In this document: in pieces, positions 8,888 to 18,059 of the stretch
Layout of the letters: each line of letters opens with the position of its first letter
How positions within the stretch are numbered: the stretch's first letter is position 1
Source of the DNA: Pseudomonadota bacterium
GTDB taxonomy: Bacteria; Pseudomonadota; Alphaproteobacteria; Rhodospirillales; Casp-alpha2
NCBI GenBank assembly: GCA_022564115.1
Contig: JADFMB010000001.1
Coordinates: 2,195 to 66,194 of the forward strand
DNA: 64,000 bases
Reading direction: 5' to 3'
Notes under the pieces: generated by a model
The model's database searches: none
Told to the model about the DNA's origin: nothing
Seen by the model: the letters and a program-made list of their open reading frames with translations, nothing else
Made by a program: the position numbers and the translations under genes

Positions 8888-9445
8888 GTGATGAGTGAAC
8901 GGACCTCAAAGGCTGAACAGATCCTGGATGCGGCCGAAAAAATGGCGCGGATCGGTGGCTACCACGGCTTTAGTTTTCGTGAGATCGCTAAGGACGTTGG
9001 CATCAAGGCAGCCAGCGTGCACTACCACTTCCCTGGCAAGCAGGACCTTGGGGCCGCTATCGCCAAGCGGTACACGGAGCGGTTTTTGGAGAGCTTGGGT
9101 GCACCAGACGACCCAGGTGCAGCGCCGACTGAACTGTTGCAACGATATATCGCGGCCTACCGGCGCTCCCTCGTCGAGGACAAGCTGATGTGTCTCTGCG
9201 GTATGTTCGGCGCGGAGATCACCCACCTGCCGGACAAGGTAGCCAGGGAAACGCAGATCTTCTTTGAGCGAAACCGGGATTGGCTCATGACTGTGATCAT
9301 GCGGGCCGGAAAGAAAAAAAAGGCGGACGCAGAAAAAGCCGCTTTTTCGATACTGGCGACCCTTGAGGGTGCCATGATCCTCGCCCGTACATTGGATGAC
9401 CCGGCGGCCTTTGACGCGGTGGCACAGACGCTGGCCTTGGAATAG
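8888..9445 (+). CDS. TetR/AcrR family transcriptional regulator
   Basis: N-terminal HTH: GYHGFSFREIAKDVGIKAASVHYHFPGKQDL. Transcribed divergently from the SDR gene. Confidence 0.85.
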   Translation: MMSERTSKAEQILDAAEKMARIGGYHGFSFREIAKDVGIKAASVHYHFPGKQDLGAAIAKRYTERFLESLGAPDDPGAAPTELLQRYIAAYRRSLVEDKLMCLCGMFGAEITHLPDKVARETQIFFERNRDWLMTVIMRAGKKKKADAEKAAFSILATLEGAMILARTLDDPAAFDAVAQTLALE

Positions 9446-9480
9446 ACGAGGCTAGCATCTATCTCAAATTTTGGGCCACG

Positions 9481-9555
9481 ATGTCCGCTTTGGGTCAAAA
9501 GCAGACATAAATGCCAGTGCTTAAAAAGGTCCGCTTTCGGATGGAAAGCAGACAT
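9481..9555. repeat. Two tandem REP-like palindromes of the ATGTCCGCTTT...AAAGCAGACAT family
   Basis: ATGTCCGCTTTGGGTCAAAAGCAGACAT at 9481-9508 and GTCCGCTTTCGGATGGAAAGCAGACAT at 9529-9555, between convergent genes. Confidence 0.8.
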
Positions 9556-9571
9556 TCAACAAACTGAACCA

Positions 9572-9967
9572 CTACCCGATGGCGGCTTGGCCGCGGCCGC
9601 CGTCATCGGCGCCGAACGGGGAAGCGGCCTTGGCTTCGGCGAAGATGCCATGCAGGGCGCCGATGATCCGGGCCGCCTCGTCGCCGTCCAGGGAATAGAA
9701 AATGGCCTGCGCCTGGCGGCGGGTCTTGACCAGGTTTTGCCGGCGCAGCCGGGCCAGATGCTGGGACAGGGCCGATTGCGACAGGCCGGTGATTTTCTCC
9801 AATTCGCCGACGCTTTTTTCGCCTTCCGCAAGCTGGCAAAGAACGAGCAGGCGGTGGGGGTTGCTCATCGCCTTGAGGATGGAACTCGCCTGCTTGACAT
9901 TCCGGTTGACCGGTTCCAGGTCAAACCCAGGCCCTTTACTTGTCCTTGCGGAATATTCGCTGTTCAT
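9572..9967 (-). CDS. ArsR/SmtB family transcriptional regulator
   Basis: Winged-HTH core: LKAMSNPHRLLVLCQLAEGEKSVGELEKITGLSQSALSQHLARLRRQNLV. Confidence 0.85.
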   Translation of the reverse strand: MNSEYSARTSKGPGFDLEPVNRNVKQASSILKAMSNPHRLLVLCQLAEGEKSVGELEKITGLSQSALSQHLARLRRQNLVKTRRQAQAIFYSLDGDEAARIIGALHGIFAEAKAASPFGADDGGRGQAAIG

Positions 9968-10178
9968 GGTTCAAGAACGGTATTGCTCGATTCAAATAAA
10001 GCCCCGGATATTTTTTCTTTTCCCCGGTTTTTTCGAGAACCCCTGAATTTCATGTCATTAATTTATCCGACCTGGGTTTGACGGGCCATGCACGTTTTTG
10101 TGAAGTGGCCGTGTTTCTAGGCTTTTTGGATATTCAAAGGGTGTCGGTTTTGGTTTGATCATTAAACCGCCGGGGCGG

Positions 10179-13100
10179 TCATTCGGCCGGCCTGAAATCC
10201 CGGCCCGCGGGCTTTTTCGCCGGCCGCTTGGCTTTCGTCTCCGCCTTGGCCGCCATCCGCCGGCCGCTTTTTTCCAGGGCGCCGGCAAAAAGCGTCAACA
10301 TCGGCGGCACGATGGCGAGCGTCAGGACCGCCGACAGCGACAAGCCGCCGAGCACCACCGAGCCCAGTCCCCGGTAAAGTTCCGAACCGGCGCCGGGGAA
10401 GAACACCAGGGGCGCCATGCCGAAGACGCTGGTCAGGGTCGACATGAAAATGGGGCGGATGCGGTTGCGGGTCGCCTCCATGATCGAGTCCTCGATGGCC
10501 ATGCCTTCCTCGTGGATGTGGACGAGCGTCTGATGGACCAGGAGAATGGCGTTGTTGACGACGATGCCGATCAGGATGACGAAGCCCAACAGGGTCAGCA
10601 TGTCGAGCGGCTGGAAGGTGAACAGGTTGACCAGCGCCAGCCCCAGCACCCCGCCGCCGGTGGCCAGCGGCACCGACAGCATGATGATGAAGGGATAAAT
10701 GAAGCTTTCGAACAGCACCGCCATCACCAGATAGACGATGACGATGGCGATCAACAGGTTGATCACCATGGCGTCCCAGGTCTGCGACAGTTTGTCGGCG
10801 GTGCCGGTGAGCCGCAACCTGACGCCGTCGGGCAGGCCGGCGTCCCTGAGCGGCTCCATGACCTCGGAACGGATCTTGTCGAGCGCCGTCTCCAGGGGCA
10901 TGGTTTCGGGGGGGTGGATCTCCAGCGTCACCGTGCGCAGGCGTTCGAAATGGCGGATCTGCACGGGTCCCGACGTCACTTCCACGTCGGCCAATGAGCT
11001 CACCGGCACGATGGTCCCCGATGACGTCACCACCGGCAGTTGGCCGATACCCTGGGTCTCGGTGATCTCGTCCCTGAGTCCCCGCAGCATCAGGTCCATG
11101 CGCTTGGCGCCGACGGTGATTTCGGCGACCCGGCGGCCGTCGTTGAAGGCGTCGATGGTGTCGCCCAATTCGCGGGCGGTGACGCCGTTGTCGGCGAGCT
11201 TGATCCGGTTCGGGAACACGCGCACCTCCGGCGCCCCCAGCTCAAGACCCGGCTTGGGGCGGATCTGGGTGCCTTCGGCCCGGGGCAGCACCTGCTCGAT
11301 CCGCTGCACGGCGTCGACCGCGACGTCGAGGACGTCGTCGAGCTGCTGTCCGGAGACGTTCATTTCGATGGACCGCGAGCCGCCGATGCCGCGCCCGAAT
11401 AGCGAGCGTTGGGTGATCGCGCCGAAGGTCCCGGGTTCCGAATAAACGGCTTTCTTCAGGAACGGGATCAACTCCCTGACCCGGGACGGGTCCTCGGCCG
11501 CGGCGCCCAGGAACGTCCGCCCGCGAGAGGCGACGAAAAAGAAACGCTGAACCTTCGGCGGCTCGCCGGGCTTCGATTCGGGCCCCGAAACCTCCGCCAG
11601 GAGGGGCAGGATCTTGCTTTCGAACTGGCCGGCGATCTCGGTCGTGGTTTTCAGGTTGTAGCCGGGGGGCGGCAGGATATGGCCGAAAATCAGGTTGCGG
11701 TTGCCGCTCGGCAGGTATTCCAGTTTCGGCATCAGGGCCCAGGTGATGACCGCGCTGGTGGCGCAAATACCGCCGATGACGGCGATCGCCAGGGACCGGT
11801 TGCGGGTGATGCGGCGGGTGAATTCGAGCACCGAGGCGACGAACCAGCGGGCCAACGGGTCGATCACCGGCAGCCTTAGGGTGGCCCCGGCCTTGGCCCG
11901 TTCGGATGGGGTCCGGGGATCGTTCAACAGCCGGTTGGCAAGCGCCGGGATGACCGTAATGGCGACAAGGAGCGACAGCATCACCGCGACCGACAGGGCG
12001 ACCGCGATGTCACGGAACAATTGCCCGGCTTCCAGCTCCATGACCAGGATCGGGATGAACACCATCACCGTCGTCAACGACGAGACGAACACCGCCGTCC
12101 ACACCTCGCGGGTGCCCCGGTAGGCGGCGACGGCCGGAGATTCGCCCTTCTCCCGGTGGCGGTAGATGTTTTCCAGGACCACGATGGCGGCATCGACCAC
12201 CATGCCGACGGCGAACGCGATGCCGGCCAGCGAGATCACGTTCAACGACCGCCCCATGGCGGCCATGGCGACGAAGGCGCCGATGATGGAGACCGGAATG
12301 GCCAGCGAAACAACCAGCGTCGCCCGTCCCGAACGCAGGAACAGCAAAAGCATCAACGCCGCCAGCGCGCCGCCGATGAAGATGTTCTTCTGCACCAGAT
12401 CGATGGCGGAATTGATATAGACGGTCTCGTCATAGACCTGGCGCAGCCGCAGCCCTTCGTCCCGGAGCGCGGTTTCGTTGAGCTCCGCCAGCGCCTTGCG
12501 GACGCCCCGCATGGCCTCGATCACGTTGGCGCCGGTCTCGCGGATGGCGTTGATGGCGATGGCCGGCTGGCCGTTGAAGCGGATGGTCGCCGTCGGTTCC
12601 TTGGAGGTGAACCGGACCTCGGCGATGTCGCCGACCGTGACCCGCGCCATGGCCCCCGTCGCCGGATCGCGTTCGGACCGCAGCACGACGGAGCGGACGT
12701 CGTCCAGGCGCTCGAACTCGCCCACCGTGCGGACCACGTAGCGCCGCTTGCCTTCATTCACGTCGCCGGCGGAAACCGAGGAATTGGCCTCGCGCAGCAC
12801 GCGCAAGACCTCCGTCACCGTCAGCCCATAACGGGCCATGCGCTCGGGGGCGACGCGGATCTCCATCTCGGTCAGCGCCGCGCCGTAGACATTGACCCGG
12901 GCGATGCCGGTCACCCGCTCCAGGCGGTCCTGGATGACGTCGACGGCGAAATCGCCGTAGGTATGAATGAGCCGGTCGTTGCCGGGTTTACGCAGCAGCA
13001 CGATCCAGGTGATCGGGTTGTCCTCGGAACTGGCGGTGCGGATGGACGGCTCGTCGGCCTCGTCGGGGTAGCCGTCGACCCGGTCGAGCCGGTTGGAAAC

Positions 13101-13421
13101 CAGCAGCAGGGCCTCGGACATGTTGGTGCCGATGGCGAATTCCAGGGTGATCCGGGAACGCCCAACCTGGGAATCGCTGATGATCTGCTCCAGCCCCCTG
13201 AGACCCTTCAGCACCTCTTCCTGGCGGTTGGTGATTTCGCGCTCGATCTCGGCCGGGGCGGCGCCTGGCCAGACGGTTTGCAGGCTGATGACCGGCTTGC
13301 GGACGTCGGGGATGAGTTGGATCGGAATCTTGGTCAGCGCCAAAATGCCGAACATGACGATGGCCAACACCGCCGCCATCACGGCGACGGGGCGTTTGAT
13401 GGAAAGCTCGATAAGGTTCAT
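10179..13421 (-). CDS. RND family efflux transporter, inner-membrane permease (AcrB/HAE-type)
   Basis: 1080 aa. The N-terminus reads MNLIELSIKRPV. The protein shows 12-TM RND architecture with two large periplasmic loops and follows an adaptor gene. Confidence 0.9.
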   Translation of the reverse strand: MNLIELSIKRPVAVMAAVLAIVMFGILALTKIPIQLIPDVRKPVISLQTVWPGAAPAEIEREITNRQEEVLKGLRGLEQIISDSQVGRSRITLEFAIGTNMSEALLLVSNRLDRVDGYPDEADEPSIRTASSEDNPITWIVLLRKPGNDRLIHTYGDFAVDVIQDRLERVTGIARVNVYGAALTEMEIRVAPERMARYGLTVTEVLRVLREANSSVSAGDVNEGKRRYVVRTVGEFERLDDVRSVVLRSERDPATGAMARVTVGDIAEVRFTSKEPTATIRFNGQPAIAINAIRETGANVIEAMRGVRKALAELNETALRDEGLRLRQVYDETVYINSAIDLVQKNIFIGGALAALMLLLFLRSGRATLVVSLAIPVSIIGAFVAMAAMGRSLNVISLAGIAFAVGMVVDAAIVVLENIYRHREKGESPAVAAYRGTREVWTAVFVSSLTTVMVFIPILVMELEAGQLFRDIAVALSVAVMLSLLVAITVIPALANRLLNDPRTPSERAKAGATLRLPVIDPLARWFVASVLEFTRRITRNRSLAIAVIGGICATSAVITWALMPKLEYLPSGNRNLIFGHILPPPGYNLKTTTEIAGQFESKILPLLAEVSGPESKPGEPPKVQRFFFVASRGRTFLGAAAEDPSRVRELIPFLKKAVYSEPGTFGAITQRSLFGRGIGGSRSIEMNVSGQQLDDVLDVAVDAVQRIEQVLPRAEGTQIRPKPGLELGAPEVRVFPNRIKLADNGVTARELGDTIDAFNDGRRVAEITVGAKRMDLMLRGLRDEITETQGIGQLPVVTSSGTIVPVSSLADVEVTSGPVQIRHFERLRTVTLEIHPPETMPLETALDKIRSEVMEPLRDAGLPDGVRLRLTGTADKLSQTWDAMVINLLIAIVIVYLVMAVLFESFIYPFIIMLSVPLATGGGVLGLALVNLFTFQPLDMLTLLGFVILIGIVVNNAILLVHQTLVHIHEEGMAIEDSIMEATRNRIRPIFMSTLTSVFGMAPLVFFPGAGSELYRGLGSVVLGGLSLSAVLTLAIVPPMLTLFAGALEKSGRRMAAKAETKAKRPAKKPAGRDFRPAE

Positions 13422-13455
13422 GGCGGGTTCATGGCGGGTTCATGGCCCTGGGCGC

Positions 13456-14658
13456 CTAGCCACCGGCCTTGGCCGGCTTTGAGGGTTCCCTGACGCGGAT
13501 GTTCTGTCCCGGCAACAGCCGTTCGTTGCCGCGCACCACCACCATGTCGCCGGGGGCCAGGCCGGAATTGACGATGAACCGGGTGCCGACGGCTTCGCCC
13601 AGTTGCACCGTCCGCATGACCGCCTTGGCGTCCTCGACCAGAAACACCAGGGTCTTTCCCTTGCGCGACAGGATCGCGTCCTTGTGGACGGTGACGACGG
13701 TGCCGTCGTTGCCGGCGGGCAACCGGAGGGTGACGCTTTGGTTGCTGGCCAGGCCGGAAATCCCGGCAGGCAGTTCGGGGACGAAACGCACGGTGCGGGT
13801 CCGGGTCTGCGGGTTTTCCTCGGGCACCACGGCGCGGACCCGGGCGGCGATTTCGCGCTTGCCGTCGATGAAGGCCTTGATCCGGGTGCCGGCCAGCAAG
13901 GACGGGGTGCGGTTAGCGGGAACGTCGGCCTCGATCTCAAGATGGGCGTCATCGACCAGGCTCACCAGGGGGTCGCCCACGTTAACATAGGCGCCGACCT
14001 CGATGTGGCGCTTGGAAACGACGCCGGAATAAGGGGCGCGAATGGTGGCGTTATAGAGATTGATCCCGGTCATCTCGCGGTCGGCGCGGGCACTGGCGAG
14101 CTTGCCTTTGGCCTCGGCCAACTCGCTTTCGGCGATGGCGGCCTCTTGGCGCTTGTCGTCGAGGCGGGCCTGGGAAAAGGCGGATGACTCGATCAGCCTT
14201 TCGATGCGCTTCAGTTCCTGGCGGCGAAGCTTTAAACGCGCCTTGCCGGTCCGGACGGCGGCCGAGTACTGCTTCTCCTCGGCCTTTTGCAGTTCGTGTT
14301 GCCACTTCAACATGTCGTTGACCAGCACCGCGATGACGTCGCCGGTTTTGACCCGGTCGCCGACCTCGACCCGGAAATCACCGATGGGGCCATTGATGAG
14401 GGCGGCGACGACGCCGGCCTGGCGGGCGACGAAGCGGCCGATGACGGAAACGGTCTGCCTCAGGGGTTCGGTAATGACGGCGTCGACGCCGACCTGGACC
14501 GGCGGCCGGGAGGAACCCTTGGCCTTTTTCTCCTGCGCCGGCGCCGAAAAGGAAAACGCCGCCAAGGCGACCGCCGCGGCAACGGCGGTGACGAGGATGA
14601 ACCGCCAAGCCGGAACCCGGCCGAAGCCGGTTTTTGGTGATATTGCCAAGCCCCGCAT
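13456..14658 (-). CDS. RND efflux periplasmic adaptor (membrane fusion protein, HlyD family)
   Basis: It has a signal or anchor segment, a coiled-coil hairpin region (QHELQKAEEKQYSAA...RQELKRIERL) and beta-barrel motifs (IRAPYSGVV). It lies upstream of the RND permease. Confidence 0.85.
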   Translation of the reverse strand: MRGLAISPKTGFGRVPAWRFILVTAVAAAVALAAFSFSAPAQEKKAKGSSRPPVQVGVDAVITEPLRQTVSVIGRFVARQAGVVAALINGPIGDFRVEVGDRVKTGDVIAVLVNDMLKWQHELQKAEEKQYSAAVRTGKARLKLRRQELKRIERLIESSAFSQARLDDKRQEAAIAESELAEAKGKLASARADREMTGINLYNATIRAPYSGVVSKRHIEVGAYVNVGDPLVSLVDDAHLEIEADVPANRTPSLLAGTRIKAFIDGKREIAARVRAVVPEENPQTRTRTVRFVPELPAGISGLASNQSVTLRLPAGNDGTVVTVHKDAILSRKGKTLVFLVEDAKAVMRTVQLGEAVGTRFIVNSGLAPGDMVVVRGNERLLPGQNIRVREPSKPAKAGG

Positions 14659-14739
14659 TTAAATGGTCTCCGTCCCCAGGATGGGACTCTATATAAGGCG
14701 TCTTTTTTTTCGTTCAAAATGGCCGCGAAGACAAAACTA

Positions 14740-14756
14740 GACTAGACCGTCTAGTC
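14740..14756. promoter_or_regulatory. 17-bp perfect palindrome, candidate TetR operator for the efflux operon
   Basis: GACTAGACCGTCTAGTC lies in the divergent intergenic region between the adaptor gene and the TetR gene. Confidence 0.5.
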
Positions 14757-14791
14757 CAATTTATAATAGTGTTTCCCGAGACGCAACTATT

Positions 14792-15448
14792 TTGATCGAT
14801 TTATTTGCCATGGTGAAAGCCGAAGCCGCACTAAAAGACACCGACGCCGAAACTCCTTCCGGCAAGCGCCCGTTGATTGTCGGGGCGGCGACCCGGGTGT
14901 TTCTGGACTTGGGCTACGGCGCCGCCTCCATGGACGCCATCGCCGCCGAGGCCGGAGTCTCCAAACAGACCGTCTACAGCCATTTCGGGGCCAAGGAGGC
15001 GTTGTTCGAGGCGATTATCGAAGACAAGTGCGACGAATTGCTGACGCCGGTCTTCGAGGCTTTCCGGCCGGGCCATGACCATGCCAAGGCCCTGGACGAA
15101 GTCGCCCGGCGGTTCCTGAGCGCGATCCTGGCGCCGCCGAACACGGCCCTGTTCCGGGTCATCATCGCCGAAAGCGTCCGTTTTCCCGAACTGGCCAACG
15201 CCTTTTACCGCGCCGGTCCCCAGACCGCCGTCGACAGCCTCGCCGGATACCTGAAGGAACTGGACAGGGACGGGGTGATCGCCACCAGCGACCCCGTGGC
15301 CTCGGCGCGGCAGTTTTTCGCCCTCCTCAGGGGCGATCTTTACATGCGCCGATTGCTCGATCTGGCCCCGGAACCGAGCGCCGCCGAGGTCGCCGCCGTC
15401 GCCGACGAGGCGGTGTCGGCGTTTCTCGTCATCCACGCGCCGGATTGA
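14792..15448 (+). CDS. TetR/AcrR family transcriptional regulator (likely local repressor of the RND pump)
   Basis: HTH: GYGAASMDAIAAEAGVSKQTVYSHFGAKEALF. Transcribed divergently from the pump operon. A later ATG at 14810 is also a possible start. Confidence 0.85.
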   Translation: MIDLFAMVKAEAALKDTDAETPSGKRPLIVGAATRVFLDLGYGAASMDAIAAEAGVSKQTVYSHFGAKEALFEAIIEDKCDELLTPVFEAFRPGHDHAKALDEVARRFLSAILAPPNTALFRVIIAESVRFPELANAFYRAGPQTAVDSLAGYLKELDRDGVIATSDPVASARQFFALLRGDLYMRRLLDLAPEPSAAEVAAVADEAVSAFLVIHAPD

Positions 15449-16113
15449 CCTTAGCTCAAGGCAAAAAACAGCGTTGGCAAGACCCGCCCCGGCGGCCAAT
15501 ATACCTTCCAACAGGGACCATCGGACGAGGGAGGCGTCGTGAACATGCCAAGGTTAATACAGGAAAGCGGGATTGATGGCCCATACGACGGCGCTGCGAG
15601 GTTTCCGGCTAGGAGCGCGTCGCGCCGGGGTGCCAACCCACCACAAGCGGCGCGCGACGACGTCCGGAAGCCTCTCAACGCCGCCCTCCGGGTCGCTTTT
15701 CCCGTCCCCTCGGGGCGTCGGAAACGCTTGCCGCCGGGGTTTCCGGGGGACACCCCCGTACCCCCAGGGTGCCCGCATCGCCGGCGCGCTCCCTCCTGCC
15801 GAGGAAACGGGAAAAGCGATCGTAGGGGTGCAATTTAGGTGATACAGGCCACTAGGCATGACCGGCAAGGCCGGCGCTACCATCATCCGTCGAGCAAGTA
15901 TTCGACGCTTCCGGGCGTCTTCCTTGCCCAACCCGGGACCGGGATTTCGGTGATGGTCAATCCCCGACAAACCAACATCTTTCCCGCCTCCTGACCTCCC
16001 GACCCGGCAAATTTTGCATGGCGCTACGGGCCAAGGGCCCGATACCGGCATTTCCTGCCCAGGCGTTCTTGAAATAAATTATAATAATCAACAGATTAAC
16101 CCCTTTCCGGTAT

Positions 16114-16129
16114 TGGCATCCTTCTTGCT
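16114..16129 (+). promoter_or_regulatory. Sigma-54 (-24/-12) type promoter upstream of the hook-like gene
   Basis: TGGCATCCTTCTTGCT has GG and GC elements exactly 12 nt apart, as in the TGGCAC-N5-TTGC consensus. It ends 62 nt upstream of ATG 16191. Confidence 0.6.
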
Positions 16130-16190
16130 CCTTCATGCATGGAATTGATTCTGGCCCCCTGCCGGACCCCCCACGCCGGAGCGACACACC

Positions 16191-17795
16191 ATGGGTTTAT
16201 CATTATTTCAGACCAGCACCCTCGGGATGATGTCGCAGGCGCATGCGCTCGATACCCTAGGCACCAATATCGCCAACGTCAGCACCGGCGGTTTCAAAAG
16301 GACGGATACCCGTTTCTCAACGGTGCTGGGCGGCAATATCCGCACCGGCGCCGGCAGCAACTCCACCATATCGTACGCCAGCCCGAATGGAGCCACCGGC
16401 GGCATTAGACCCAAGGATTTCCAGACCCTCGACCAACAGGGTCTTTTAAAGGCCACAACGCGAGACCTGGACCTGGCGATCGCCGGCGATGGGTTCTTCC
16501 TTGTCAGCCCGACGCTTCAGGTTTCCAACCGGATCCTCTACACCCGCGACGGCAGTTTCGATATCAATGTCGCCGGGACGCCGGTGACCGCCATCGGAGA
16601 CGACGGCAACACCATCAGCGTCCGACAGGGTTTCTTGACCGACAAGAACGGTTTTTTCCTCCTCGGCATGGCACCCCGAACCGACGGCACCTTCTCCGAG
16701 ACCGACACCTTGCAGGCGCTGAGGGTTGATCAATTCGCCTTTACCAATTCGTTTAACGCAACGACGTCAGCCAACCTGTCGCTCAACCTTCCCGCGCAGA
16801 AGAAATTCGGCGAAGCGAATGAAAACCTGAGCCTGACCGTGATCGATTCCAACGGCAAGGTTCGCGCCATAACGGCTACATTCATCAAAACCCCGACCGC
16901 CAACCAGTGGAAAATGCTGCTGTCGGGCGACAACTTGACCAATTCGACCCTTGGTCCCGGCGGCGCATTCTCTCTGGCAACCGGGGTTGGAACCGGCAAG
17001 CTCCTGGAACTCGACCCCGCAACCCGCGAGATACGGGTTAAGGCGGAACAGGTTCCGTCCGCCGGTTTTCCGGGGGCCTTTATCGGCCTCAAGGCCGGGG
17101 ATTCGATCACCATCGCTGGGTCCACGGCTGGCAACAACGACACCTTTACCATCGCCGCCGTTTCATCGAATTTCGCCACCATTACCCTTGTCGACGCACC
17201 GCCGTTTCTGAGCGCGTCGGAAAACCTTTCCACGGCGGCGACCTTGAGCTCGACCCGGGTGGTTGGCGACACCCTGGTCTTCAGCAATCAGGGAACGTTG
17301 TCGTCACCGACCAGCTTCACGACCAACCTGACGTGGAGCGACGGCGCGACCAACACCTTTACGCTCGACATCAGCAGGCTGACCCAATTCAACGGCGCTT
17401 TCCAGCTTGCCGATTTCCAGCAAAACGGCCTTTCCTCCTCCGATCTCAGGAACGTTACCTTTGACAAGGCGGGCAACGTCATCGGCGAATTCGAGGACGG
17501 GTCTTCCCGGAAAATTTACAAGATTCCGCTGGCGGCGTTCGCCAATCCCAATGGCCTCCAGGAAGTCAACGGCAATAATTACGAGGAAACTCCGCTTTCA
17601 GGTGCCCGCCGGACGGTCTTCGCCGACACCAGCGGCATCGCCCTTCTGTCACCGAACACTCTTGAGCTTTCCAATGTCGAACTGTCGATCCAATTCACCC
17701 AAATGATCAGGGTTCAGCAGGCCTATAATTCGTCGGCGACCGTATTCAAAACCGTCGACGAAATGCTCATGGCGGCCCGTGACTTGAAGGCTTGA
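16191..17795 (+). CDS. Flagellar hook protein FlgE-like paralog (FlgE/F/G family)
   Basis: The N-terminal rod/hook motif reads LDTLGTNIANVSTGGFKR. The C-terminal motif reads LELSNVELSIQFTQMIRVQQAYNSSATVFKTVDEML. At 534 aa it is too long for FlgF/G. Confidence 0.75.
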   Translation: MGLSLFQTSTLGMMSQAHALDTLGTNIANVSTGGFKRTDTRFSTVLGGNIRTGAGSNSTISYASPNGATGGIRPKDFQTLDQQGLLKATTRDLDLAIAGDGFFLVSPTLQVSNRILYTRDGSFDINVAGTPVTAIGDDGNTISVRQGFLTDKNGFFLLGMAPRTDGTFSETDTLQALRVDQFAFTNSFNATTSANLSLNLPAQKKFGEANENLSLTVIDSNGKVRAITATFIKTPTANQWKMLLSGDNLTNSTLGPGGAFSLATGVGTGKLLELDPATREIRVKAEQVPSAGFPGAFIGLKAGDSITIAGSTAGNNDTFTIAAVSSNFATITLVDAPPFLSASENLSTAATLSSTRVVGDTLVFSNQGTLSSPTSFTTNLTWSDGATNTFTLDISRLTQFNGAFQLADFQQNGLSSSDLRNVTFDKAGNVIGEFEDGSSRKIYKIPLAAFANPNGLQEVNGNNYEETPLSGARRTVFADTSGIALLSPNTLELSNVELSIQFTQMIRVQQAYNSSATVFKTVDEMLMAARDLKA

Positions 17796-17998
17796 ACCCT
17801 GCCTCCAGGGTCAGCCTAAATTCTCCATTCCCGGCAAAAAAAATGCGCCGCCAAGACACGCGGTTTTTCGCCGCCGCCGGCCGCGACCCGGCAAAATTTA
17901 CCCATTGGCGACACGCCTTTAACCCCCCGGGCCCCGGAGAAACCCCTCAACCTCACATGAAATCGTTATTTTTCAATAAGTTAACCACTCAACGGCCT

Positions 17999-18014
17999 TG
18001 GCACGGAATTCGCA
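17999..18014 (+). promoter_or_regulatory. Sigma-54 type promoter upstream of flgI
   Basis: TGGCACGGAATTCGCA has correct GG/GC spacing and lies about 64 nt upstream of ATG 18078. Confidence 0.55.
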
Positions 18015-18059
18015 ACAAAAAACCCGGCGGAAGACGGCTCCACCCCAATAACCAATGCA

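Noticed and set aside
6956-9555. The recurring ATGTCCGCTTT...AAAGCGGACAT palindromes as a CRISPR array.
   Set aside because: The copies are few and irregularly spaced (kilobases apart, or a tandem pair). They are self-complementary hairpins and have no unique spacers or cas genes. They are REP/MITE-like instead.
9572-9967. The ArsR-family regulator as a BigR/SqrR-type persulfide sensor controlling the PDO-rhodanese gene.
   Set aside because: Only one Cys (LVLCQL) is present, and the C-terminal partner Cys of the sensing pair is missing. The gene is also about 2.8 kb and four genes away from the PDO gene.
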